Of a stretch of DNA of 64,000 bases, positions 36,945-45,693 are shown in pieces. The stretch is taken from IMG/VR virus record IMGVR_UViG_3300020810_001156, positions 186,001 through 250,000 of that record, one strand, 5' to 3'. The stretch's first letter is position 1, and each line of letters starts with the position of its first letter. Position numbers and translations under genes: made by a program. The notes beneath the pieces were generated by a model. It saw nothing but the letters and a program-made list of their open reading frames with translations, did not search any database and was not told the origin of the DNA.

Positions 36945-38413
36945 ATTTAAGATTTATAAACATACCATTAACCGGTGGATTTCATTTTGAAAAAAACTTT
37001 GATTCAAGATGGGGAACTATAAACTCCCATCCATATAAAATAGTGAGTGTTGGTCATTCTTGGAACTACAAAACTCAGATTAAAGGATGGCAAGATTGGG
37101 ATTTTCCCAACCAACCTCAGAATGTAATGAGGGATGTAGCAGTATTTTCAGTTCCTAAAGATGATATATTGGTTACAACAATTAGAAATCCATTTGAAAT
37201 ATTATTTGAATATTACAATTATAATTGGGCTAGATGTAAAGTTCACACTAAATCAGAAACGTTTGAACACTTTGTTGATTCTTACTTAAATGAGGAATTT
37301 CATGCACCTGCATTTTCAAAAAGTTTATTTTCTCAATTAAAGGATATTGATGGCAATTGGTTAATCGATGATACATCAATAGTATTAAGATGGGAAACCT
37401 TAAAATTGGATTTTGAAAAGTTTGGAAAACATATAAAAGTAGATGTTACAGATTATAATTTTCCTAAAACAAATTTTGATTGGAAACAAAAATATAGAAA
37501 AGACCAGATTCATCAATTATCTAAACTATGGAAAGCTGATTTAGAATACTTTGGATATTCTTTTAATGGATTAACCCAAACAGTATCTAAAATAGAAATA
37601 AAAAAACCAAAGATAGCTATTTGTTTTTCTGGACACCTTAGAGATTTGGAAAGAACAAAAGATTATTGGAATGAGATGATTCGGAAGTATGATATGGATG
37701 TATATGCATCCTTTTGGGATATTGAAAATGAAAAATTGGGTGATACCTTAAATAACTTTAAAAAATTGTATAATACAAAGATAATTGAAGTGGATAACTA
37801 TTTAAATTTTCACAAATCAACTCAGGTATTAGTACAACCAACCTTAAATCCACCAAAAGAATTAGCACCTCAGTTGCAAGAAGCTACCAAAAGATTTGGA
37901 CAATTACCAATGTGGTATAAGATTTGGAAAGCTAATATGCTGACCAAAACGTTTGATATAGATTACGATATTGTGGTTAGAGCTAGAACCGATTCTTTTT
38001 TTATTGGAGATATTTCAATTGATAAAACCGATATGATAAATGTACCTATTGGTAGAAATCATATTAAAGTTTGGCCTAATTCCGAAGGTATTAATGATAT
38101 ATTTGCATATGGTTCTCCGAAACTTATGGATTACTACTCATCTACATTTATTCACATGATGGAATATCTTAATATGGGATATTACCCATTTCCACCAGAA
38201 CACTTTTTAAGAGTTCATTTAAGTAGAATAGATACTATTGTTAGATTTATTCCCAATTATATTACAATAACAAGAACATCACTGGGCCGAGAAGATGAAA
38301 TTTATAATAACTTCGTAAAAAATCTTCAAGAAGAGCGAATACATACTTCTAATATGCGATTTGAATTACCAAGTTCAAATAAATTTACAAAACCAATATC
38401 TGATTCTTTTTGA
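36941..38413 (+). CDS. Fusion of a sulfotransferase-2-like domain and a WavE-related domain
   Basis: N-terminal FINIP.TGG, IRNPF and D.EYFGY; C-terminal KIAICFSG..R, YDIVVRARTD and NDIFAYG. Confidence 0.6.
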   Translation: MNLRFINIPLTGGFHFEKNFDSRWGTINSHPYKIVSVGHSWNYKTQIKGWQDWDFPNQPQNVMRDVAVFSVPKDDILVTTIRNPFEILFEYYNYNWARCKVHTKSETFEHFVDSYLNEEFHAPAFSKSLFSQLKDIDGNWLIDDTSIVLRWETLKLDFEKFGKHIKVDVTDYNFPKTNFDWKQKYRKDQIHQLSKLWKADLEYFGYSFNGLTQTVSKIEIKKPKIAICFSGHLRDLERTKDYWNEMIRKYDMDVYASFWDIENEKLGDTLNNFKKLYNTKIIEVDNYLNFHKSTQVLVQPTLNPPKELAPQLQEATKRFGQLPMWYKIWKANMLTKTFDIDYDIVVRARTDSFFIGDISIDKTDMINVPIGRNHIKVWPNSEGINDIFAYGSPKLMDYYSSTFIHMMEYLNMGYYPFPPEHFLRVHLSRIDTIVRFIPNYITITRTSLGREDEIYNNFVKNLQEERIHTSNMRFELPSSNKFTKPISDSF

Positions 38414-38458
38414 TTTTTTAAAAACTCTATATTTAATCCAAACAATATTAGATTAACT

Positions 38459-38611
38459 ATGGAAGATAAAGTTAGAGATATATTAGAAAATTTAGAAGAA
38501 GCTATTTCTTATGAGGATTGGAGTAGAGTTGAAGATGTAAGAAAAGAATTACTCTTCTTATTAGATGAGTTAGAGTCCGATTTTCCATCCAACTTCGATG
38601 AAGATTATTAA
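38459..38611 (+). CDS. Small acidic protein (50 aa, not in the ORF track)
   Basis: MEDKVRDILENLEEAISYEDW...FDEDY; 18 of 50 residues are D/E. Confidence 0.55.
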   Translation: MEDKVRDILENLEEAISYEDWSRVEDVRKELLFLLDELESDFPSNFDEDY

Positions 38612-38673
38612 AAAATAATTCACAAAAAGCTTGCATGTTTCAATAATTATTTGTATATTAGTACTGTAATTGA
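38605..38673 (+). repeat. Early-type promoter repeat, copy 1
   Basis: TTATTAAAAA(A)TAATTCACAAAA.GCTTG-N20-TATATTAGTACTGTAATTGA. Confidence 0.8.
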
Positions 38674-38680
38674 TTGAGAT

Positions 38681-38917
38681 ATGAATAATAATACACTACT
38701 TACCAACGCTGTAAACCAAATGATTATCAACGGATTTCATAAATTGGAATCAGTTGGATGTTTATTGGATTCAGATGTTGGTTCTGTTTATCCTATGAAT
38801 GAGGATGGAACTCCTGATTGGAATTGTGAAATTTCCCTTATCGATGATGAGGTAAATTCTGAATGGTGGGAAGCTCTTTCCCCAGAAGATTACAAACTTT
38901 GTAAAGAATTTTATTAA
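38681..38917 (+). CDS. Small acidic hypothetical protein
   Basis: 78 aa, flanked by the two promoter repeats. Confidence 0.65.
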   Translation: MNNNTLLTNAVNQMIINGFHKLESVGCLLDSDVGSVYPMNEDGTPDWNCEISLIDDEVNSEWWEALSPEDYKLCKEFY

Positions 38918-38978
38918 AAATAATTCACAAAAGGCTTGTATATGTCAAAAATTATACATATATTAGTACTGTAATTGA
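38911..38978 (+). repeat. Early-type promoter repeat, copy 2
   Basis: Near-identical to copy 1 outside the spacer. Confidence 0.8.
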
Positions 38979-39007
38979 GAGATAAGTTAAAACCTAAAAC
39001 AAATAAT

Positions 39008-41125
39008 ATGAGTAAATACGGAAATTCTTCTTACTGGTTGCAAGATTGGGAAGATGATGATATTGTAGTTGATACGATGACCGATGTAGAGAAGAAATCA
39101 CATGACCTCTACAAATTATCAGCTGGTAAACGAGCTATCTCAAACTTCGTTAATATCGTTACCAATGATTCCATTCCAGTAAAATTCAACACTAGAGGTG
39201 ATTCCTACACCGATGGTAAATCAGTAGTAATTGGTTCTAATATTGTAGAACCTAAAGATTTCGATATCGCTGTTGGTTTGGCACTGCACGAAGGTTCACA
39301 CATCAAACTTTCAGATTTTAATGTTCTAAGAGATATTTACAATTTGATTCCCGATTATGTAAAGGATGGGGCAATCAAAAAAGGTATTTACAATGTAACC
39401 TCAGTAATCAAAGATATTTGGAATGTGATTGAGGACCGAAGAATTGATAGATTCGTATTTGATTCGGCTCCAGGTTATAGAGATTACTACCGAGCAATGT
39501 ACGATAAGTACTTCAACGATAAGTTGATTGATAAAGGATTACTTTCAGATGAATATACTGAAGAGAGTGTTGATTCTTATATGTTCCGAATTATCAACCT
39601 TCACAACAAAAATACTGACCTTAACGCTTTAAAGGGGCTTAGAGAGATTTATAAGGTAATTGGGTTAGGTAGTATAGATAGATTAAAAAACACCTCAGAT
39701 TCCTTTGAAGTGGCTCTAAAGGTATTCCAAATCATTATGAGTAACTTACCATCGGCTGAAAATGGTGAAGGTGAGGGTTCTGGTAATGGTGACCAGAACG
39801 AAGAACTTCAACCTCAGAATTCTGAAGGTAATGGTGGTAATAGTTCTGATGAGCCAAGAGAGATGACTGATGAAGAGTTCGAAGATTTTTCAAATGGAAT
39901 GAATGGTTCAGCTCCTTCTGGTGGTGGTGATGATACTCCAACTGGTGGTAGTGGAATGAATGTTGATAATATGCCCGATGAGATGGGTGGTAACCCATCT
40001 AATTCATCATCTAAGGGTGGTAAAGAAGTTGAAAAGGTAAAACTATCAGATAGACAAAAAGACCTTCTTCAAAAGAAGATTGAAAAACAAAAGAAGTTTA
40101 TGGATGGTGATATTCGTAAGAAAACCATCTCTAAAAAAGATAATGATAACCTTCAAGCAATTGATGAGAGTGGTTCTGAAGCAGTAACTGTTGGACAGAA
40201 TATTGAGCAAGGTTGGGGAAGTGTTTCCAAAGGTGTTCAATGTATTGTGGTTAAGAAATTAACTCAATCACTATTGGAATCAGAAATGTTCCCAATGACT
40301 TACAATAACTATTGGAATACTTCTGAAGAGGGTGTAATCAAACGATATAACGAAAAAGAAGTAATCGAAGGTATCAAACTTGGTACTATCTTAGGTAAGA
40401 AACTTCAAGTAAGAGGTGAAGATAGAAACACAATCTTTAATCGCCAGAAGCATGGTAAGATTGATAAGAGAATGATTTCTTCTTTAGGATTTGGTAATGA
40501 GAATGTTTTCTCTTACATTGAAACTGATTCTTACAAAAAAGCTAATCTTCACATCTCAATCGATGCTAGTGGTTCGATGAATGGTGATAAGTGGAATAAG
40601 ACTATGACTAATGTGGTTGCACTTTGTAAGGCAGTTGATATGATTCAGAATCTTTCAATTCAGGTTTCATTTAGAACTACTTCACAAAATACTCCTTACA
40701 TTGTGATGGCTTATGATTCTAAAGTAGATAAGTTCTCTAAAGTAAAAAAGATGTTTCCAACACTTAATCCTGGTGGAACTACTCCTGAGGGGTTATGTTA
40801 TGAAGCAATTATGAAAAACTTTTTGAGTTCTAACAATGATATGGATTCATACTTCCTTAATATTTCAGATGGTGAACCTTACTTTGGTACTACTGGAATG
40901 TACTACTCTGGTGATATCGCTTTCAATCACACTAGAAAAATGGTGAAGCAGATTGAGGGAATGGGAATCAAAACTCTTTCTTACTTTGTAGAGACTTGGG
41001 TAAAAGAAGGTGGTGAACCATCCGATGGATTTAAGAAGATGTATGGTAAGGCAGCAAAACTGATTGATGTAACCAATGTTGCTCAGATTACCAAAACAAT
41101 GAATCAACTATTTTTAACAAAATAA
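39008..41125 (+). CDS. VWA-domain protein with an N-terminal HExxH metallopeptidase-like domain (CobT-like)
   Basis: LALHEGSH, N.IED.RI, acidic linker, MIDAS DASGSM, GGTTP and ISDG.P. Start at the ATG at 39008. Confidence 0.85.
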   Translation: MSKYGNSSYWLQDWEDDDIVVDTMTDVEKKSHDLYKLSAGKRAISNFVNIVTNDSIPVKFNTRGDSYTDGKSVVIGSNIVEPKDFDIAVGLALHEGSHIKLSDFNVLRDIYNLIPDYVKDGAIKKGIYNVTSVIKDIWNVIEDRRIDRFVFDSAPGYRDYYRAMYDKYFNDKLIDKGLLSDEYTEESVDSYMFRIINLHNKNTDLNALKGLREIYKVIGLGSIDRLKNTSDSFEVALKVFQIIMSNLPSAENGEGEGSGNGDQNEELQPQNSEGNGGNSSDEPREMTDEEFEDFSNGMNGSAPSGGGDDTPTGGSGMNVDNMPDEMGGNPSNSSSKGGKEVEKVKLSDRQKDLLQKKIEKQKKFMDGDIRKKTISKKDNDNLQAIDESGSEAVTVGQNIEQGWGSVSKGVQCIVVKKLTQSLLESEMFPMTYNNYWNTSEEGVIKRYNEKEVIEGIKLGTILGKKLQVRGEDRNTIFNRQKHGKIDKRMISSLGFGNENVFSYIETDSYKKANLHISIDASGSMNGDKWNKTMTNVVALCKAVDMIQNLSIQVSFRTTSQNTPYIVMAYDSKVDKFSKVKKMFPTLNPGGTTPEGLCYEAIMKNFLSSNNDMDSYFLNISDGEPYFGTTGMYYSGDIAFNHTRKMVKQIEGMGIKTLSYFVETWVKEGGEPSDGFKKMYGKAAKLIDVTNVAQITKTMNQLFLTK

Positions 41126-41141
41126 ATGAAAAATAAATGAG

Positions 41142-41191
41142 AAAAGGCTTGCATGTTTCAAATCTTTTTCTTATATTAGTATAGTAATTGA
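41142..41191 (+). promoter_or_regulatory. Early-type promoter repeat, copy 3
   Basis: AAAAGGCTTG-N20-TATATTAGTATAGTAATTGA, followed by the stem-loop TGGGAG-agaaa-CTCCCA (41193-41209). Confidence 0.75.
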
Positions 41192-41238
41192 GTGGGAGAG
41201 AAACTCCCAAAGTTTAAAACCCTAAAATAATAAAAGTT

Positions 41239-42450
41239 ATGACAGATTTTAAAATTGGTTTTGTAAAGAATGAAGTTTATAAGGTGGAGGCCTTTGGTAA
41301 CTCATTTAAACTGATTGATACTAAAGGTACGAAAGTTGGTACTTTGGGTATCGGAACTGGTACTCGTAAGAGCGCCTATGAGAATGGAGAAGCTCTCCAA
41401 GCTTATGTTCAAAAGAATGGTAAGAAAGTTTACCGAAAAGTTGGTATGGATGTTTACAACAACTTAGTTGCTCCGATGGCTACCGAAAATGGTGGTGTTC
41501 AATTCGAAGATAAATCGGACCATACGGCTATTAAAGATTTTATCCACAAAGGTTCAGTAAACCTTAAACCAACTGAGTTGGTGATGACTGAACTAAAGTG
41601 GAAGTATCTCATCAGAAGTGCGGTGAGAGCTAAGAATATTATGATGACAGGACCTGCTGGTTGTGGTAAAACTATGGCCGCTAAAGCATTGGTTAAAGCA
41701 CTTGACCGTCCTGATTTTTACTTCAACTTAGGAGCAACGCAAGACCCGCGAGCTACCCTAATTGGTAACACACAATTCGATTCTAAGAATGGTACTTACT
41801 TCTCAGAATCATCATTCATCAAAGCAATCAAAACTCCAAACGCAGTTATCCTATTGGATGAGTTGAGTAGAGCTCACCCTGATGCTTGGAACATTTTGAT
41901 GACCGTTTTAGATGGTGGACAACGATACATCCGATTGGATGAAGCAGAAGGTTCACCAATTGTGAAAGTTGCTGAAGGAGTTACCTTCATCGCTACGGCT
42001 AACATTGGTAATGAATATACATCGACCAGAGTTATTGACCGAGCGATTCTTGACCGATTCGTTACCATTGAAATGGATGTTCTAAATGATGAGCAAGAAT
42101 TTGGTTTGTTGAAGTTTATGTTCCCTGAGGTGAACGAAGAAGATTTAAAAGCTGTAGCGGAAATCGCACACCATACTCGAACTCAATCGATGAGTGATAG
42201 TGGTAAAGTTACAGCAATGGTTTCCACTCGTGCTAGTGTTGAGATGGCTGGATTGATTTATGATGGTTTCGATTTATTCGAAGCAGCTGAGATTTCAATC
42301 TTCCCATTCTTCTCTAACGATGGTGGAGTTGATTCTGAAAGAACTTACATTAAGCAGTTAGTTCAGAAGTATGTGAAAGATGAGGGTGAAGCTCTCTTCA
42401 ATGAGCAGGAAACCGAAACGAATTCGGAAGATGAGATTCCGATGTTTTAG
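41239..42450 (+). CDS. MoxR/CbbQ/CobS-type AAA+ ATPase
   Basis: GPAGCGKT, LLDELSR, IATAN, D.AILDRF and STR. Confidence 0.92.
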   Translation: MTDFKIGFVKNEVYKVEAFGNSFKLIDTKGTKVGTLGIGTGTRKSAYENGEALQAYVQKNGKKVYRKVGMDVYNNLVAPMATENGGVQFEDKSDHTAIKDFIHKGSVNLKPTELVMTELKWKYLIRSAVRAKNIMMTGPAGCGKTMAAKALVKALDRPDFYFNLGATQDPRATLIGNTQFDSKNGTYFSESSFIKAIKTPNAVILLDELSRAHPDAWNILMTVLDGGQRYIRLDEAEGSPIVKVAEGVTFIATANIGNEYTSTRVIDRAILDRFVTIEMDVLNDEQEFGLLKFMFPEVNEEDLKAVAEIAHHTRTQSMSDSGKVTAMVSTRASVEMAGLIYDGFDLFEAAEISIFPFFSNDGGVDSERTYIKQLVQKYVKDEGEALFNEQETETNSEDEIPMF

Positions 42451-42473
42451 GGTTAATCAATTACGCTGAGAAA

Positions 42474-42507
42474 TGGGGGAGCTCTCAACTCCCCCAAATC
42501 TCTTTTT
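42474..42507 (+). terminator. Rho-independent terminator
   Basis: TGGGGGAG-N7-CTCCCCCA followed by a T tract. Confidence 0.75.
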
Positions 42508-42523
42508 AATTAAAACCTAAATT

Positions 42524-42844
42524 ATGTTAAGAAAAATAAACTGGAAATTTAGAAAAACACATATATCAATCACACCTATCAGCTTATTCATAAATGAAAG
42601 ATGGGAAGGTTGGGGATTTGATATTTTGAATGTAAAGTATAACCTTTGGGAAGGTTCTCTTCTCAAAATGACTTGGACTCTACCTAATGGAGCCGAAAAG
42701 AAATTCTCGTTTAGTGGTGATTTCCTATTCCTCAGACAAAAGTTGATAAAACAAATGTCTGATGTAAGTGATAGAATGTTATGGGGAACTGCTACTACTT
42801 GGGATGTAAACAAATATTGGATATTAAAATTTATATTTAAATAA
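42524..42844 (+). CDS. Hypothetical protein
   Basis: 106-aa ORF with an A-rich leader. Confidence 0.55.
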   Translation: MLRKINWKFRKTHISITPISLFINERWEGWGFDILNVKYNLWEGSLLKMTWTLPNGAEKKFSFSGDFLFLRQKLIKQMSDVSDRMLWGTATTWDVNKYWILKFIFK

Positions 42845-42984
42845 TGAGTAAGCAAACAAAAGATTGGATGGAAAAGTTAGTTGAAAACTATCGGATTCCA
42901 ACTGAGGAAGAAACTCAGAAAAAAGTAGAACCTAAAAAGATGTTAAACGAATCTCAGCTTAAAAAGATTTTAAGTAAAGATTAA
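42844..42984 (+). CDS. Small hypothetical protein (46 aa, not in the ORF track)
   Basis: MSKQTKDWMEKLVE...KMLNESQLKKILSKD. Confidence 0.5.
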   Translation: MSKQTKDWMEKLVENYRIPTEEETQKKVEPKKMLNESQLKKILSKD

Positions 42985-42989
42985 TAATG

Positions 42990-43021
42990 TTTGTTTAATT
43001 AAACATTTTTTCGTATATTTG
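42990..43021 (+). promoter_or_regulatory. Bacteroidota-type promoter
   Basis: TTTG-N20-TATATTTG; palindrome TGTTTAATTAAACA. Confidence 0.78.
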
Positions 43022-43039
43022 TATTATTAATTAAACATT

Positions 43040-43195
43040 ATGAAAATTAAATCTGAATTACATAAGTTGCACGAAATAGAAAGAACTCTAAAGTTCGATA
43101 TTGAGGCAAGTTATGATGAAGTAAAATCAGATAAGTTATCTAAACATCACGATAATATATTAAGTTTAATCAAAGATTTAGAAGATGGGATATAA
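43040..43195 (+). CDS. Small hypothetical protein (51 aa, not in the ORF track)
   Basis: MKIKSELHKLHEIE...DLEDGI directly after the promoter. Confidence 0.5.
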   Translation: MKIKSELHKLHEIERTLKFDIEASYDEVKSDKLSKHHDNILSLIKDLEDGI

Positions 43196-43673
43196 TCCGT
43201 TTAGATATTATACTCAGGGTAAATATAGAAAAAGACCTTTAAAATCATATTCACCATTATTACTAAAAATCAGAAATGGTGATTTCGAATACTCACCTTA
43301 CTTTTTAGAAGCAGATGATAATCATAAGTTGTACGATAAGATGTACAATGAATATATGAAAACTTCTCATCTTAAAAATATAAACGATAAGAAGCATGAA
43401 GCTCATCAAGTTGCTAAGATGAAAAGAATCAAAGCACATAAGTTGATGGAAGTCGGTATGGTAGAAGAACAAAGTAGATTATACCAACTTAGAAAAGAAC
43501 TAACTGCTGAGTTCGGAAAAGATTTGTGGGATAAAGCTCATGAAAGACAGAGAGGTAAAGGAACAACCGAAGATTTGTATTGGTGGTATAAGAAGCAAGT
43601 AGGAATGGGACAAACACCATCAGAGATGGCAATCACGTTAGGTAGAAAAACAACTAAAGGATTACAACCATGA
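43185..43673 (+). CDS. Hypothetical protein
   Basis: 162 aa; LL.KI.NGDFEYS motif. Confidence 0.65.
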   Translation: MGYNPFRYYTQGKYRKRPLKSYSPLLLKIRNGDFEYSPYFLEADDNHKLYDKMYNEYMKTSHLKNINDKKHEAHQVAKMKRIKAHKLMEVGMVEEQSRLYQLRKELTAEFGKDLWDKAHERQRGKGTTEDLYWWYKKQVGMGQTPSEMAITLGRKTTKGLQP

Positions 43674-43855
43674 TAGAATCATATATGAAAGTAGTTAGAA
43701 CCATTCAAAGTGCTCATTATCAACATATGACCAATGGTTCAGTAATTAATCTAATAAATAATTTTGGTAATATGTATAATAAGGATAGGCATTATAGTGA
43801 TTTAATGCGTATCTATAACGAAAAGTTAAATCAATTAGAAACAACTAAGAGTTAA
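43670..43855 (+). CDS. Hypothetical protein
   Basis: ATGA overlap with the upstream gene. Confidence 0.5.
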   Translation: MIESYMKVVRTIQSAHYQHMTNGSVINLINNFGNMYNKDRHYSDLMRIYNEKLNQLETTKS

Positions 43856-43860
43856 TAAAA

Positions 43861-44136
43861 ATGGAAATTGTAAAGAGTAGATATGGTTTAGATAGAACCA
43901 TTGAGAAAATCGGTTCAGACCGATTAAGAGTTATGGGGGAATCACAGTTCTCAAGACAAGCTCAAAATGATGAAGGTAAAATTACAATGTTTGACTTTGA
44001 AGGAGGTCCTTGTTTATCTGTTGGTGGAGATATTCACTACCAAAAGATGAAATGGAAAATCAAATCAATCACACCCGAAGTAAGTCCACATGAGGGATTA
44101 GGTAGTTGTATCCTTTCAGTAGTACCAAACTATTAA
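43861..44136 (+). CDS. Hypothetical protein
   Basis: SRYG..R and DFEGGP...VG motifs. Confidence 0.65.
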   Translation: MEIVKSRYGLDRTIEKIGSDRLRVMGESQFSRQAQNDEGKITMFDFEGGPCLSVGGDIHYQKMKWKIKSITPEVSPHEGLGSCILSVVPNY

Positions 44137-44345
44137 TGAACAACATATTCAATTATATTACAGATAATGATGATAGTATCATCAAAGACCCATTAATTAC
44201 AAAGGAAATATTATCACAACTTACTCCTGCTCAGAATAGATTTTTGAATAAAGGTAAAATGTTATTTAATCCTATTAATGGTGATATGATTGTACCAATG
44301 ATGACTCAAAACGGAATAGCAAAAATCATAGTAAATATATTCTAA
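44136..44345 (+). CDS. Hypothetical protein
   Basis: TAATG coupling; start moved to 44136. Confidence 0.5.
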   Translation: MNNIFNYITDNDDSIIKDPLITKEILSQLTPAQNRFLNKGKMLFNPINGDMIVPMMTQNGIAKIIVNIF

Positions 44346-44509
44346 TGGTTAATAAAAAAGAAGTATTCGTATATTTCAACGAAGAGTGGAACGAGCACCC
44401 CACCGATGGAGATGACGGGGATGAAGATTTTATAGATGGTGTGGATACATATTATCCACCAAAAGAAGATTTAACTTATTACGATGATTACGAAGATTAT
44501 GGTTGTTAA
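44345..44509 (+). CDS. Small very acidic protein (54 aa, not in the ORF track)
   Basis: MVNKKEVFVYFNEEWNEHPTDGDDGDEDF...DDYEDYGC; 18 of 54 residues are D/E. Confidence 0.5.
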   Translation: MVNKKEVFVYFNEEWNEHPTDGDDGDEDFIDGVDTYYPPKEDLTYYDDYEDYGC

Positions 44510-44510
44510 C

Positions 44511-44559
44511 CCCATTACCTCCTTTTGGTGGGGTGGGAGTCGTTGACCTAATTTTTTTT
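44511..44559 (+). terminator. Imperfect GC-rich hairpin, probable terminator
   Basis: CCCAT-TACC-loop-GGTG-gg-GTGGG with a downstream T run. Confidence 0.4.
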
Positions 44560-44576
44560 GATAGTAAATTTTCGTT

Positions 44577-44584
44577 ATATTTAT
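44577..44584 (+). promoter_or_regulatory. Putative late-promoter motif ATATTTAT
   Basis: Recurring intergenic motif. Confidence 0.5.
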
Positions 44585-44600
44585 ACATATAAATTAATAT

Positions 44601-44795
44601 ATGAAGATTGATTACATCATATACTCAGTTCAACATTCGATAGGTATCCAGCCCAAATGGGAAACCGAGCTTATCGAATCGGATACTCACTTAAAAACCT
44701 ATAAAGGGTGGATGAGTAAAGAAAGGGTATGTAAGAAAAAATGTGATGAGTTATATCACAATCGATTAAACTTTCTAAAGGGATGGCTAAGATAA
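44601..44795 (+). CDS. Hypothetical protein
   Basis: 64-aa ORF. Confidence 0.5.
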   Translation: MKIDYIIYSVQHSIGIQPKWETELIESDTHLKTYKGWMSKERVCKKKCDELYHNRLNFLKGWLR

Positions 44796-44870
44796 AGAAG
44801 TTCATCCTTCGTATGGGAGAGGAAATGTGGAAGAGTATTGAAATGGGATTTTATCCCTTTTGGTTTTAAT

Positions 44871-45047
44871 ATGGGGCACTTAAAAGAAAATAATATTACT
44901 TATTGGAAACATTGGGCCTTTGCGATGAAACTTTCCCTCGCTCTTTTTATACACGGATGGTTTCCTAACATCCTCACCGATTACGCATCCAAAGAGATGG
45001 AAAAATCAAAAGGAAAAAAGGATATCAACATTACGGATTATTTTTAA
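44871..45047 (+). CDS. DUF6356-like small protein
   Basis: HL.E...TY..H..FA...FIHG.FP. Start moved to the ATG at 44871. Confidence 0.6.
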   Translation: MGHLKENNITYWKHWAFAMKLSLALFIHGWFPNILTDYASKEMEKSKGKKDINITDYF

Positions 45048-45050
45048 CAA

Positions 45051-45674
45051 ATGGAAAACAAAATGAAAAAATACTTAAATTTATTACTACTTATCATCCT
45101 ATTTGGATGTACTGCTGAAGCGCAGGAAATCACTCCATCTCAAGACCTGAGAGAAGAGGTAATTGTGGAAACTCCTATCTTTAAAGTGTGGTACTCTGAA
45201 GTGAAGGAACAACCCACAAAAGTGACCTATACGGTCTTATGTCCTACACCCGGTGTGAGTAGAGATGGATTAGATTTTTATACGGAATCGGATTATCATA
45301 CTTCGGATGATGATGATTATTATTCTAATCCTTGGGATAAGGGACATATGGCACCTGCTGCGGCATTTAATTGTAGTAGGGATATGTTGAAACAAACATT
45401 TACTTATCTAAATTCTGCTCTACAATATGAATCTCTAAATAGAGGAGTTTGGAATAAGTTAGAGGAATTTGAAAGAAATCTTGCTAACTTTTATGAAGTT
45501 AATGTAGAGATACAAATTAACTTTGTAGAGAATCCACCTAAAGTAAGTGGTGGAGCTTCAATACCCGAATCGTTTTTAAAGATAATTAGATGGGGAGATA
45601 AAGAAGAGAGATTTTTATTTCCTAATCAAAATACTTCGGGAACGGATTGGACTGATTATATAGTAATAGATTAG
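45051..45674 (+). CDS. Exported DNA/RNA non-specific endonuclease (NucA-type)
   Basis: Signal peptide with a possible lipobox LFGC; DKGHMAP, N..LQ...LNRG.W..LE. Confidence 0.88.
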   Translation: MENKMKKYLNLLLLIILFGCTAEAQEITPSQDLREEVIVETPIFKVWYSEVKEQPTKVTYTVLCPTPGVSRDGLDFYTESDYHTSDDDDYYSNPWDKGHMAPAAAFNCSRDMLKQTFTYLNSALQYESLNRGVWNKLEEFERNLANFYEVNVEIQINFVENPPKVSGGASIPESFLKIIRWGDKEERFLFPNQNTSGTDWTDYIVID

Positions 45675-45693
45675 AAAAAATTAAATAAAGGTT

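Noticed and set aside
38605-38978. CRISPR array or attachment sites
   Set aside because: Only two or three imperfect copies, which contain promoter boxes and are separated by whole genes; no integrase or cas operon.
39008-42450. Cobalamin synthesis genes cobT/cobS
   Set aside because: No cobN or other cob genes; a generic MoxR-VWA pair is the better call.
44517-44525. ACCTCCTTT, identical to the 16S anti-Shine-Dalgarno, in a hairpin
   Set aside because: A single 9-mer with no other rRNA similarity; chance or terminator sequence is sufficient explanation.
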